Shown here: piece by piece, positions 52,762 to 61,126 of the stretch
How the letters are laid out: every line of letters begins with the position of its first letter
How positions within the stretch are numbered: position 1 is the stretch's first letter
Virus record (IMG/VR): IMGVR_UViG_3300045988_120652
Direction: 5' to 3' (one strand)
DNA from: a virus
Length of the DNA stretch: 64,000 nucleotides
Translations under genes and position numbers: made by a program
Notes under the pieces: model-generated
Told to the model about the DNA's origin: nothing
Databases searched by the model: none
The model's input: the letters and a program-made list of their open reading frames with translations, nothing else

Positions 52762-55455
52762 ATGGAAAAGAAGTACATTGACATGGGTAGTGTCGGCATG
52801 CACCCTAAAGGGGCATACGACGCGAGTGTGACTTACTGTAAGCTACAGCTTGTGACGCACGGCGGCAACACCTATCTGAGCAAGGCGGACGGCAACATCG
52901 GGCACGAGCCTGTGGGTGAGGACGAGTGGTGGAGCCTGCTCGTGGACGCTAAGAGCGCTCACGACGGTGCTCAGAGTGCGCAGGAGGCTGCGGAAGCGGC
53001 TAACGCTGCCGCCCAGACTGCTAATGACAAGGCTGCGGAAGCTGCCCAGGCTGCGGAGAGCGTGACTACTGCTACGGCAGGGCTACAGGCTGCTTTGGAC
53101 AAGGTGGATGCAGCGGCTACGGCTGCGACTTCGGCTTCGGCTTCGGCACAGGCTCAGGCAAGCCGTGCGCAGGAGGCTGCTGAGCAGGGCGAAGCTCTCA
53201 ACCTACAGCTTACCGACACGCTGCGTAAGGCTAAGGCGGAGGTGGATAAGGCTGTGGCTATTAACAATACGGCAACAGCTAATGAGCAGGAGCGCGTGAA
53301 GGCTGAGCATGAGCGTGCAGATGCCAGCCAGCAGGCTGTGATGAACGCTAACACGGCTGCTGATTCTGCAAATACTGCTGCCGAGAAGGCTAACGGAGGC
53401 GCAGAAAAGGTGTCTGCTGCGGTAACTGCTGCCAGCAACGTTAACGCGACTCTTGCTGACGACGGATTGCTGACTGTGACTAATCGCAACGGTGAGAGTA
53501 AAAGCGTGAAAGTAGGTGAAGGCGAGAAGGTGAACCAGCTTGTAGCGGACATGAAGGAGACTAAGGAGGCTGTGGCACAGAACGCTGCGGACATTGCCGA
53601 ACTGAAGGAGAACGTTAAGGACTACTATGTAGGCGAGAACGACGAGGTGACGGGCGACCCTCACTTCAAGAACTGCAAGGGCAACAAGGATTTCTTGGGC
53701 GAATGGCATCCGTTCCTTATCGACCATACCGACAACACTGGCGAGGCTACACACCCCGTAGGTCAGCTGATGGACAATAATCACTTCCGCTTTGTGTCGG
53801 GTGCGTTTGCGCCTACCGTTGGTATTACAGAGGAAATGCGTGCTGCGTGTGATGTACAACTCTATACCGATGCCGAGCACACTACCCCACTGACACTGAA
53901 AAATGGTGTCGTCGTTACTGATAAGGCTGGCGCACATCCTTACGATGCAACAGAGGTGTACAACTCGCTTGGTTTGGTAGACTTGTACGACGGCGAGGGT
54001 AACAAGGTGCGTCAGTTATTGCCTTGGGAGACCACAGAGACCAAGTATTCGGTGATGATTGGTCGCTACGACACCCTATATCCAGTAGACCGCCAGACAG
54101 GCGAGAGCGGTAAGGTGCTGTCGGGTATATTCAAGCGTCAGGTGCGCTACGACGGCATTGATACGGGCAAATACCCGTTGCTTGGTACGGCATTGGCACC
54201 ATGCCTGGTGACGACAGTGGGCAACAAGACACGCAACTTCTTCTTTGCGTATGCGGTAGGTGACGCTAATACTGCAAGCGGTGCGAGCTCAGCAGGCGCG
54301 GACATGTGCTCGATGTTTGACGGAGAGGACAGGACTTATCCGCGGTACAGTATTAACCAGATGAGTGACATGCAGTACGCACGAGCTAACAATGCTGACG
54401 TAAATGCACCAGTGCCGTTTGCCGAAGGCGGTTATCACGCTATCAACACCTTCACGTTGTGCATGGAACTGCTTTATGGTACAAAGTATCTGCATGACAA
54501 GAACTTGTTCGGCTCGGGAATATCGAGCAACGACTCATGTGCATCGGCGGATGACTGGATGAATAACGGTGGCGTGAGGGTGCGCGAGAAAGGCACTACA
54601 GACTGGACATATAAAAAATGGGGCGACCAAACGCCGTTTGGCGTAAAGTCGGATATGAGCAAGGTTGGTTTTTCGAACTTTGTCAATCAGGAGAAACCGA
54701 AGGAGCAGTGTATGGAGAGTCAGATGGCAGCATCGTGGGCTGTGGAATTTGGCATAGCAGAAGATACGGAGTATGAGGCATACGGACAGACGTATCGCTA
54801 CAGAAATGTGACAGGAGTAAAGGGACTGGCTGACGGCGTGATGAACTGCAAGGTGTATCGCATCAAGACAGGTGCGTGTATGGGTTATAAGGCTGCGGAC
54901 AGTAAGGTTGAGTATGACTGTGAGTTGTGTCTACGTCTTAGTCTTGTACATGGTATGAACCTAAGCGGAGACGTGTTCGGCTACTGGGGCGGCGGCATGG
55001 AAATGGTGGGCACGGGAAAGCAGCAGGAGAATACTATCCAGGACAAGATAAAGAACACCTACATAGACTTCTACCTTGAGCCAAAACAGAAGAACTGGCT
55101 CATGGAAAATAAAACCACCCTTAGCGACTTCAAGACGTTTGCATTTGAGGGCGTGTATGCCAAGATAGGCACGTTCGGACCTCCAATATTAGGCGGCGGT
55201 TACTTCAAGAAGCGTATGGGGCTAACTCCTTACAAGACGGAGAACGGCGGAAATATAGATTCTTATCAATGCTGCTACGGATGGGCAGAACCGTATTGGC
55301 TTGACCGATACGGGCAGCGCGTTCGTATAGCCGTGCGCTTTCGTGGCTTTGCGTCTGCTGCGTATTGTTCGCCTCGGTTTCTGTATGCGTACTACTCGGC
55401 TGCTCATACGTCCGTGTCTTATGGCGGTTCTGCCCAGTGTCGCATCGTGCAATAG
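52762..55455 (+). CDS. DGR target protein (tail-fibre-like, variable C-terminus)
   Basis: ORF 52756..55455 with the ATG at 52762. It has an Ala-rich coiled coil and a large C-terminal domain, and its last 38 codons form the VR. Confidence 0.8.
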   Translation: MEKKYIDMGSVGMHPKGAYDASVTYCKLQLVTHGGNTYLSKADGNIGHEPVGEDEWWSLLVDAKSAHDGAQSAQEAAEAANAAAQTANDKAAEAAQAAESVTTATAGLQAALDKVDAAATAATSASASAQAQASRAQEAAEQGEALNLQLTDTLRKAKAEVDKAVAINNTATANEQERVKAEHERADASQQAVMNANTAADSANTAAEKANGGAEKVSAAVTAASNVNATLADDGLLTVTNRNGESKSVKVGEGEKVNQLVADMKETKEAVAQNAADIAELKENVKDYYVGENDEVTGDPHFKNCKGNKDFLGEWHPFLIDHTDNTGEATHPVGQLMDNNHFRFVSGAFAPTVGITEEMRAACDVQLYTDAEHTTPLTLKNGVVVTDKAGAHPYDATEVYNSLGLVDLYDGEGNKVRQLLPWETTETKYSVMIGRYDTLYPVDRQTGESGKVLSGIFKRQVRYDGIDTGKYPLLGTALAPCLVTTVGNKTRNFFFAYAVGDANTASGASSAGADMCSMFDGEDRTYPRYSINQMSDMQYARANNADVNAPVPFAEGGYHAINTFTLCMELLYGTKYLHDKNLFGSGISSNDSCASADDWMNNGGVRVREKGTTDWTYKKWGDQTPFGVKSDMSKVGFSNFVNQEKPKEQCMESQMAASWAVEFGIAEDTEYEAYGQTYRYRNVTGVKGLADGVMNCKVYRIKTGACMGYKAADSKVEYDCELCLRLSLVHGMNLSGDVFGYWGGGMEMVGTGKQQENTIQDKIKNTYIDFYLEPKQKNWLMENKTTLSDFKTFAFEGVYAKIGTFGPPILGGGYFKKRMGLTPYKTENGGNIDSYQCCYGWAEPYWLDRYGQRVRIAVRFRGFASAAYCSPRFLYAYYSAAHTSVSYGGSAQCRIVQ
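55329..55442 (+). repeat. DGR variable repeat (VR)
   Basis: A 114-bp match to the TR. Of 19 mismatches, 18 fall at TR adenines. Confidence 0.9.
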
Positions 55456-55463
55456 GCGCAGCC

Positions 55464-55497
55464 GGGTGCAACCCAGTGCAGCGCGGTGCAACCGCGC
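55464..55497 (+). other. GC-rich GTGCAA hairpins downstream of the VR
   Basis: gggtgcaaccc (55464-55474) and gcgcgg-tgcaa-ccgcgc (55481-55497, 6-bp GC stem). Confidence 0.4.
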
Positions 55498-55684
55498 CAT
55501 GTCTTTGGCAATCAGAAACAAAATTAGTAACTTTATAGTGGTTTAAAAGATAGAATAAAATGAATCAAGACAAAATATTTCCTCAAAAACAGGACAAGCT
55601 CAGCATGAGGGCCGAAGCCTCTGAAGCCTGCATGAGAGGTGACGCTATCCATATAGATGATAGCTAAAGAGGTTGGTGTCTCCG

Positions 55685-55798
55685 AGCCGTGCGCTTTCGT
55701 GGCAATGCGAATAATGCGAATTGTTCGCCTCGGTATCTGAATGCGAACAACTCGGCTGCTAATACGAACGTGAATAATGGCGGTTCTGCCCAACGTCG
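55685..55798 (+). repeat. DGR template repeat (TR)
   Basis: Non-coding copy. In the VR frame it reads AVRFRGNANNANCSPRYLNANNSAANTNVNNGGSAQ and has 11 AAY codons. Confidence 0.9.
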
Positions 55799-56024
55799 GG
55801 CATCATAAATGATGCAGAACTAAGAACACGGGAACACCACTCTCGCTCAGGAGAAGCAGAAAATATCAAAGACAAGGGATGTGAGCGTAGCACGATGGCT
55901 GTACGTGATGCGGCGAACGTGACCGAGAGACATCCTGACGGGCAGACAGTCCCGTCAACCTTTTAAGCCCGACACTGAATATCAACAGCGGAGAAATCCG
56001 CATAAAAACATATATATAACAAAC
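55685..56024 (+). ncRNA. Putative DGR RNA (TR plus 226-nt spacer up to the RT start)
   Basis: Inferred from its position between the TR and RT. It contains the hairpin gacgggcagacagtcccgtc (about 55937-55956). The true boundaries are unknown. Confidence 0.4.
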
Positions 56025-57413
56025 GTGCATAGACCTAACTACATCCCCTTCACTGCCGACGACTACATAAAGGCTGTGTGGAGTGCCGCAAAAGGCAGAA
56101 AGAAAAGACCCGAGGTAAAGGAGGCATTGAAGGATGTAAAAGGGCTATGCGCAAGTATTGAACAACATCTCAAAGATGGAAGCTGGCATGAGGACATCAA
56201 GTACCGGAAGCTGACCAAGGTGAACAACAACAAGAAGGTGAGGCATATCGACGCGCCTACGTTCAGAACTTTAGTGTATGAACATCTGCTGAAGAACAAG
56301 TTGGAGCCGATATACCGCAGACGCGACCCGTTGGTGTCGATTAACTGCAAGGAAGGATGCGGAATAACACCATCGGCGAAGCACAAGGAACTGAAAAGCC
56401 ACTATGTGCTGCCAAGAGTGAAGCACCTGTTCTACGACCTGCGGGATATGGACTGGGTAGTGACTGCCGACCAACGTCAATGCTACGCTCACGTGAAGCC
56501 GAGCGTACTGCGCAAGGAACTGAAATATCTTATTGGCGACAAGTGGCTGATAGACTTCGCTGTGGAGCTGTGCTTTGTTGACGGGCAGTTGCCTGTAGGC
56601 ACACCTACGAGTCCGCTGGCTCACCACATACTGATGCTGAGATTCCATGAATGGCTGTGCCGAAACACCGAATGGCGGCTGTGCTATGCCGACAACTGCA
56701 TGGTAGCTTGCCGGACGAAGGAAGAAGCACAACAGATGAAGTGGCGAATAAGGCAGTATTGGTGGTATGAGCTGAAGATGAGGGCGAAGCGTACAGATAC
56801 GAAGGTTGCTAATATCAACGACGGTAGAGGGATTGACTTCTGCGGTTATAGGGTGATACGCAACGCCGACAAGAACGTGACAGACTCGAACAAGGGATAT
56901 TGCCTTATACGCAAGGGCACATTGCTGAGAGCAAGGATGTGTAACAACGACAATTCGTGGGGCAGCTACTTCGGACTGATGCGGCACACGGACGGATTCG
57001 GAGAGATGGTAAAAATAGAAAAGGAGATGAAGTTAAGAGAACTGACAAAAAAGATTCGCATAGACCGCAAGATGGACGCTCCGAATATCAAGCCTCTGGA
57101 GTTGGCACGTAGCGGACAGGCGTTCACGGTGTTCGATTACGAGATACGCAAGAGCGAGAAGTCGGGCGAGCCTAACTGGATTAAGATGCTGATAGGTATG
57201 CCGGAGGTGACCGAAGACGGCGAGCTTACGGGCAAGATTGTTGCCAGGGAGGTGCATGGTGGAATGATGGGCATTGTGGCTTGGATGGTGGCAGCGGAGC
57301 AGGAGTATGGCAAGAAGACCTTGCTGCCGTTGGAGGACGTGAGGATTGTGGACGAGTGCGGATATATCTTTGAAGGCTCGACTAATCAGATGCAGTACAT
57401 TGATGAATGTTGA
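56025..57413 (+). CDS. DGR reverse transcriptase
   Basis: GTG start. KVRHIDAPTFRTLVYEHL (motif 1/2), VVTADQRQCYAHV (motif A Asp), LPVGTPTSPLAHHIL (motif B/4), CYADNCMVAC (motif C) and GIDFCGY (motif E-like), plus a ~120-aa C-terminal extension. Confidence 0.85.
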   Translation: MHRPNYIPFTADDYIKAVWSAAKGRKKRPEVKEALKDVKGLCASIEQHLKDGSWHEDIKYRKLTKVNNNKKVRHIDAPTFRTLVYEHLLKNKLEPIYRRRDPLVSINCKEGCGITPSAKHKELKSHYVLPRVKHLFYDLRDMDWVVTADQRQCYAHVKPSVLRKELKYLIGDKWLIDFAVELCFVDGQLPVGTPTSPLAHHILMLRFHEWLCRNTEWRLCYADNCMVACRTKEEAQQMKWRIRQYWWYELKMRAKRTDTKVANINDGRGIDFCGYRVIRNADKNVTDSNKGYCLIRKGTLLRARMCNNDNSWGSYFGLMRHTDGFGEMVKIEKEMKLRELTKKIRIDRKMDAPNIKPLELARSGQAFTVFDYEIRKSEKSGEPNWIKMLIGMPEVTEDGELTGKIVAREVHGGMMGIVAWMVAAEQEYGKKTLLPLEDVRIVDECGYIFEGSTNQMQYIDEC

Positions 57414-57450
57414 GTGTTGAATTTTAAATGTTTAATGTTAATTTTTTATT

Positions 57451-58035
57451 ATGGAGAAGTATTATTTTGACGAGGCACAGCCGAGACTGACTGTTGGCGA
57501 CGGTGTCGTTCTGCTGCTTATCAACGGCAAGGAAGAGACGGAGTTTTCGGACGGTATGCCTGACGAGAACGGAATGGCGACTACCGAAGCGGTGGTGCGC
57601 AAGGTGTGGGTATATGACGGTGTGCGCCTGGAGACGGGCGGCATGACATCGGAGGCTGCGCTTACTGCTGCGGCACAGAAGATGGTGTTGGCGGAGATTG
57701 AGAAGTACGACACGTCTCCTGCTGTAAACAGCTTCATCCTTAACAGACAGCGTGTGTGGCTGGACAAGGCGACTCGTGTGGGACTGATGAACTCTACTAC
57801 TATCGCTAAGGCTATGGGACAGCCTACTACTACGCTGTGGCTTGGCGATGCGAAGCTGGTGGTGGAGTGCGACAAGGCGATACAGTTGCTCTCGGCACTG
57901 GAGATGTATGCTCTGGAGTGCTTTAATGTTACGGCTGCGCATAAGAAGGCGGTAGCGGAAATGAGCACGGTGGAGAGTGTACTGGGGTATGACTATACGA
58001 AGGGGTACCCAGAGGTGCTGACGATGAACGTTTAA
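57451..58035 (+). CDS. Hypothetical protein (possibly DUF4376-like, tail-fibre-associated)
   Basis: 194-aa ORF. The antisense ORFs 57424..57942 and 57462..57968 are rejected. Confidence 0.5.
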   Translation: MEKYYFDEAQPRLTVGDGVVLLLINGKEETEFSDGMPDENGMATTEAVVRKVWVYDGVRLETGGMTSEAALTAAAQKMVLAEIEKYDTSPAVNSFILNRQRVWLDKATRVGLMNSTTIAKAMGQPTTTLWLGDAKLVVECDKAIQLLSALEMYALECFNVTAAHKKAVAEMSTVESVLGYDYTKGYPEVLTMNV

Positions 58036-58052
58036 CTTTTAACTTTAAGAAT

Positions 58053-58526
58053 ATGGTAGTATTGAGTTTTATTGCGGCATTGCTGTTTGTAGCTTTGCTG
58101 TACATAGTGATTAATAAGTATGGAGTGCCTGACATGGTATCGTCTATCTATTACTTGATGGGCAAGAAGGGTTGGGTGTTCCAAGTGGTGATGATGCTGT
58201 TTGGTGCAATGATGATGGTGTGCTTGCTCGACAGCGGACTGGGTGTGCCGTGCCTTGCTTTCTTGGCTTGTGCAGGGCTGATGTTCGTGGGTGCTGTGCC
58301 GAGGTTCCTGGATGAGAGCGAGAGGAAGGTGCATAAGACGGGTGCTATCGTGTCGGCTGTGGCGAGCGTAGGCTGGTGTCTGACGGTGGATTGGAAGATT
58401 GTGGTTGCACTGTTGGGGTGGTATGCAGTGTTCTGGGCGTGTAGGAGCGAGGACGACCATCCGTGGTTTATGGCGGAGATAACGGCTGTATGGATGGTAT
58501 TGTTGACGTACTGGAGCGTATTCTGA
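58053..58526 (+). CDS. Multi-pass membrane protein (holin candidate)
   Basis: 157 aa with 4-5 hydrophobic segments, directly upstream of the lysozyme gene. Confidence 0.4.
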   Translation: MVVLSFIAALLFVALLYIVINKYGVPDMVSSIYYLMGKKGWVFQVVMMLFGAMMMVCLLDSGLGVPCLAFLACAGLMFVGAVPRFLDESERKVHKTGAIVSAVASVGWCLTVDWKIVVALLGWYAVFWACRSEDDHPWFMAEITAVWMVLLTYWSVF

Positions 58527-58633
58527 ATGTTGAATTTTGAATGTTGAGTTTTGAATGGTGCGCCGTTGGCGCATGTTGAATTATTCAATTATGAATTGAG
58601 TTTTTTTGTGTTAAATTTTTAACTTATAAATTT

Positions 58634-59065
58634 ATGAAAGCAAGTGACGTATTGATTGAGAAGATTAAGCAGTTTGAAGGGTATCGGGCGAAGGCGTACC
58701 GATGCCCTGCTGGGGTGTGGACGTGTGGGTATGGGCATACCAAGGGTGTGACGGCTCGCACGGTGTGCGACAAGAAGAAGGCGGAGGAGTGGCTGAGGGC
58801 TGACCTTGCTCCTATCGAGAGCTTCTTGTCTGCCGTGCCGGAGGTGTGTAAGTCGCAAGGACGCTTTGACGCTTGTGCGGACTTCTGTTTCAATCTTGGT
58901 ACGGGTGCGTTCCGTGGGGCTACGCTGTTTAAGCTGATACAGAAGAAGGCTTCGGTGGCTGCTATCCAGGCGGAGTTCTTGAAGTGGGTGTATGCCGGAG
59001 GTAGACAGATTGAAGGACTGAAGACGAGGAGACGGTGGGAAGCGGGACGCTTCGCGGAGTTTTGA
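58634..59065 (+). CDS. GH24 (T4-type) lysozyme / endolysin
   Basis: IKQFEGYRAKAYRCPAGVWTCGYGHT has the catalytic Glu followed by the Cys/Asp and Thr spacing of GH24. Confidence 0.85.
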   Translation: MKASDVLIEKIKQFEGYRAKAYRCPAGVWTCGYGHTKGVTARTVCDKKKAEEWLRADLAPIESFLSAVPEVCKSQGRFDACADFCFNLGTGAFRGATLFKLIQKKASVAAIQAEFLKWVYAGGRQIEGLKTRRRWEAGRFAEF

Positions 59066-59135
59066 ATTTTGAGTTTTGAATTAGGAATTGGTCGCCTTTG
59101 GCGATTAGGAGTTATTAATTTTTGAGTTTTGAATT

Positions 59136-59378
59136 ATGGAGAATGTTATTACAAAGCTTGTGGATAAGGTGGGTAGCGATAAGGTGATGCACGTTGAGAC
59201 GTGTGCGCTTATAGCTGTTGTGGCGAAAAGATGTTCGGGCAGTGTGGTGATAGGAGCTGCTGTTGCCCTTGGTGTAGGACTGCTTAAGGAGCTGTATGAT
59301 GTGGCTACGGGAGAGGAGTTTGACATGAAGGACGTGGCGGCAGATGCTGTGGGAGCGGTAATTGGAGCAACGATGTAA
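59136..59378 (+). CDS. Small membrane protein (lysis accessory candidate)
   Basis: 80 aa with two hydrophobic segments, downstream of the lysozyme gene. Confidence 0.4.
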   Translation: MENVITKLVDKVGSDKVMHVETCALIAVVAKRCSGSVVIGAAVALGVGLLKELYDVATGEEFDMKDVAADAVGAVIGATM

Positions 59379-59450
59379 AAAAGTAAAAGAGTAAAAAAGG
59401 TAAAAAAGTAAAAAGAGTAAAAAAGTAAAAAAGGCAAAAGGGTAAAAAAT
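59379..59450. repeat. A-rich tandem G/A-TAAAAAA-type low-complexity repeat
   Basis: aaaagtaaaagagtaaaaaaggtaaaaaagtaaaaagagtaaaaaagtaaaaaaggcaaaagggtaaaaaat. Confidence 0.7.
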
Positions 59451-59480
59451 AAGGCTGCTGTCCTCACGGATAGCAGCCTT
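59451..59480 (+). terminator. Terminator hairpin at the end of the lysis operon
   Basis: The stem aaggctgct / agcagcctt. Its loop resembles the terminator at 37413. Confidence 0.55.
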
Positions 59481-59580
59481 TAAGTTTTTAACATTTTAAA
59501 TACTTTATAGAATATGTAATTCTAATAAAATACTTGTGCAAAGGTACACATTTTTTCTTTCTCCTGCAAGACAGCTCGCA

Positions 59581-60150
59581 TTAATTGACAAGCATTGGTC
59601 CTGTATTGCGGCCTGTAAACGATATGTTGATGTCGCGGGCATAGTCGCCATTCTTTTCCGTCATTTCGTCAACGTGTAGCGTCACGCGGAACGTCTTTCT
59701 TCCATACTCGTCGCCTTTGTCGAGAGTCTTTATCTCCGCCCATGCGCCTTTGACAGGCTGGTTGTTGTCCCATGTGCTCAGTTCGTTCTTCTTGTATTCG
59801 GGCTGCCACTGCTCCTTCCATCCCCACACCGAAGCATTTACTTGCATCACTTCATAACGACCGTCGTACATGTCGTTCTGCGGAGCATTATATACTATTA
59901 TTCCTATTGTATAATAGTCGTTTTTGAAATTGCCTTCCATTGGGTCGCTATAGAGGGCGAAAAAACCCTTGCCGTAATTCTGTCCGTAACTCAACTGATG
60001 TACTGGCTTCTCCTTGAGAAGTTTTGAAAAAGCCGACTCCACCGGCACATATTCCTCTTCCTTGTCCTCGCCACTACTACAACTCGCTACACTTGCGCCC
60101 ATGGCAAGCAGCATGGCTGACATGAACAAAAAACTGAAAATCTTTTTCAT
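59581..60150 (-). CDS. Lipoprotein (reverse-strand cargo gene)
   Basis: Signal and lipobox MKKIFSFLFMSAMLLAMGASVASC. This is an isolated minus-strand gene between hairpins. Confidence 0.7.
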   Translation of the reverse strand: MKKIFSFLFMSAMLLAMGASVASCSSGEDKEEEYVPVESAFSKLLKEKPVHQLSYGQNYGKGFFALYSDPMEGNFKNDYYTIGIIVYNAPQNDMYDGRYEVMQVNASVWGWKEQWQPEYKKNELSTWDNNQPVKGAWAEIKTLDKGDEYGRKTFRVTLHVDEMTEKNGDYARDINISFTGRNTGPMLVN

Positions 60151-60190
60151 TGTGAATTTATTGTTTTTAGTTAATAATGTTATTTTTTTA

Positions 60191-60253
60191 AACTACAGAG
60201 GACGCAGAGAACACGGATTGTGGGGTATTCGTGTCCTCTGTGCTCTCTGTAGT
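60191..60253. terminator. Bidirectional long hairpin of the AACTACAGAGGAC family
   Basis: aactacagaggacgcagagaacacg pairs with cgtgtcctctgtgctctctgtagtt, flanked by T/A runs on both sides. Confidence 0.55.
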
Positions 60254-60337
60254 TTTTTTACGCCACACCCCGATGTCCGATGTTTCACGCGCCTTTTTTA
60301 TACCTTTAAAGGTGGAAAGTTCGGGGTGTCGGACTGG

Positions 60338-60391
60338 AGTGAACAATCAGTGAATAACAAGTGAATATGAAGTGAATATGCAGTGAATACG
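60338..60391. promoter_or_regulatory. Five tandem 11-bp AGTGAAYA repeats
   Basis: agtgaacaatc agtgaataaca agtgaatatga agtgaatatgc agtgaatacg, followed by three TTTTCGG words. Confidence 0.55.
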
Positions 60392-60525
60392 TTTTTGGAC
60401 GTTTTCGGCTGCTTTTTCGGTCATTTTCGGTCGTTTTCTTGCGGAATGTTTCACGGATTCTCGTTGTCGGTCCACGCTCACGTTTTCCTGTATACTTTAT
60501 GTTTAACATCTAAATCTTTTTGCGT

Positions 60526-60969
60526 ATGCCAAAGGTTAGATTTTCTTCGGACATTCAGTCCATTTCCGGTAAGTTATGCTCCCGAGAGGGCGTAATTTAC
60601 AGTGTGAACAAACAGACGGGCGAGACCTACCGTTCCGACCGTCACAGTCATCACGATGCCAACACTGCCGAGCAGCAGCAGACTCGCGCCTCCTTCAAAA
60701 AGAAGTCGCAGTTTGCGTCTTCTTGGTGGAAGCAGAACCGCCCGTCCGCAACGTCGTCCAAGGGCACGGAGGCTTACCTCGCCGTGATGAAGGCCTACAA
60801 GGCGCAGCACAAAATCGGCAACCCTTACAGCTACATGCGTTCCCTCGTCACCGATGACCTCAAGGTCATGCTTGCCGGCAACGATATCACGGGTGGCGTG
60901 AAGCCCGGCGGCTCCACCACTGAAGGTGGCGGTGGCTCAACGGGCAATCCAGGCGAAGTGGATGGATAG
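60526..60969 (+). CDS. Hypothetical protein
   Basis: ORF 60520..60969 with the ATG at 60526 and a Gly-rich C-terminus. Confidence 0.5.
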   Translation: MPKVRFSSDIQSISGKLCSREGVIYSVNKQTGETYRSDRHSHHDANTAEQQQTRASFKKKSQFASSWWKQNRPSATSSKGTEAYLAVMKAYKAQHKIGNPYSYMRSLVTDDLKVMLAGNDITGGVKPGGSTTEGGGGSTGNPGEVDG

Positions 60970-61126
60970 TCCGTCGCACACGCTAAGGCGGTCATTTCCC
61001 ACGGTAGGCACACGAGGCTTGCCGTGGGATTTTTTGTTTGCTGTAAAGTATGTAAAAGTGTTGCAAAGATACAAACAATCTTTCATAAAAACAAAGAAAG
61101 TCGAAAAGCGTTACCCCCCTATGTTT

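Noticed and set aside
55533-55793. An ORF (86 aa, minus strand) and a 35-aa plus-strand ORF (55560-55667) between the VR and RT, considered as a possible Avd accessory gene.
   Set aside because: The minus-strand ORF overlaps the TR and translates to low-complexity sequence. The 35-aa peptide is far too short for an Avd four-helix bundle. Neither has a credible start context.
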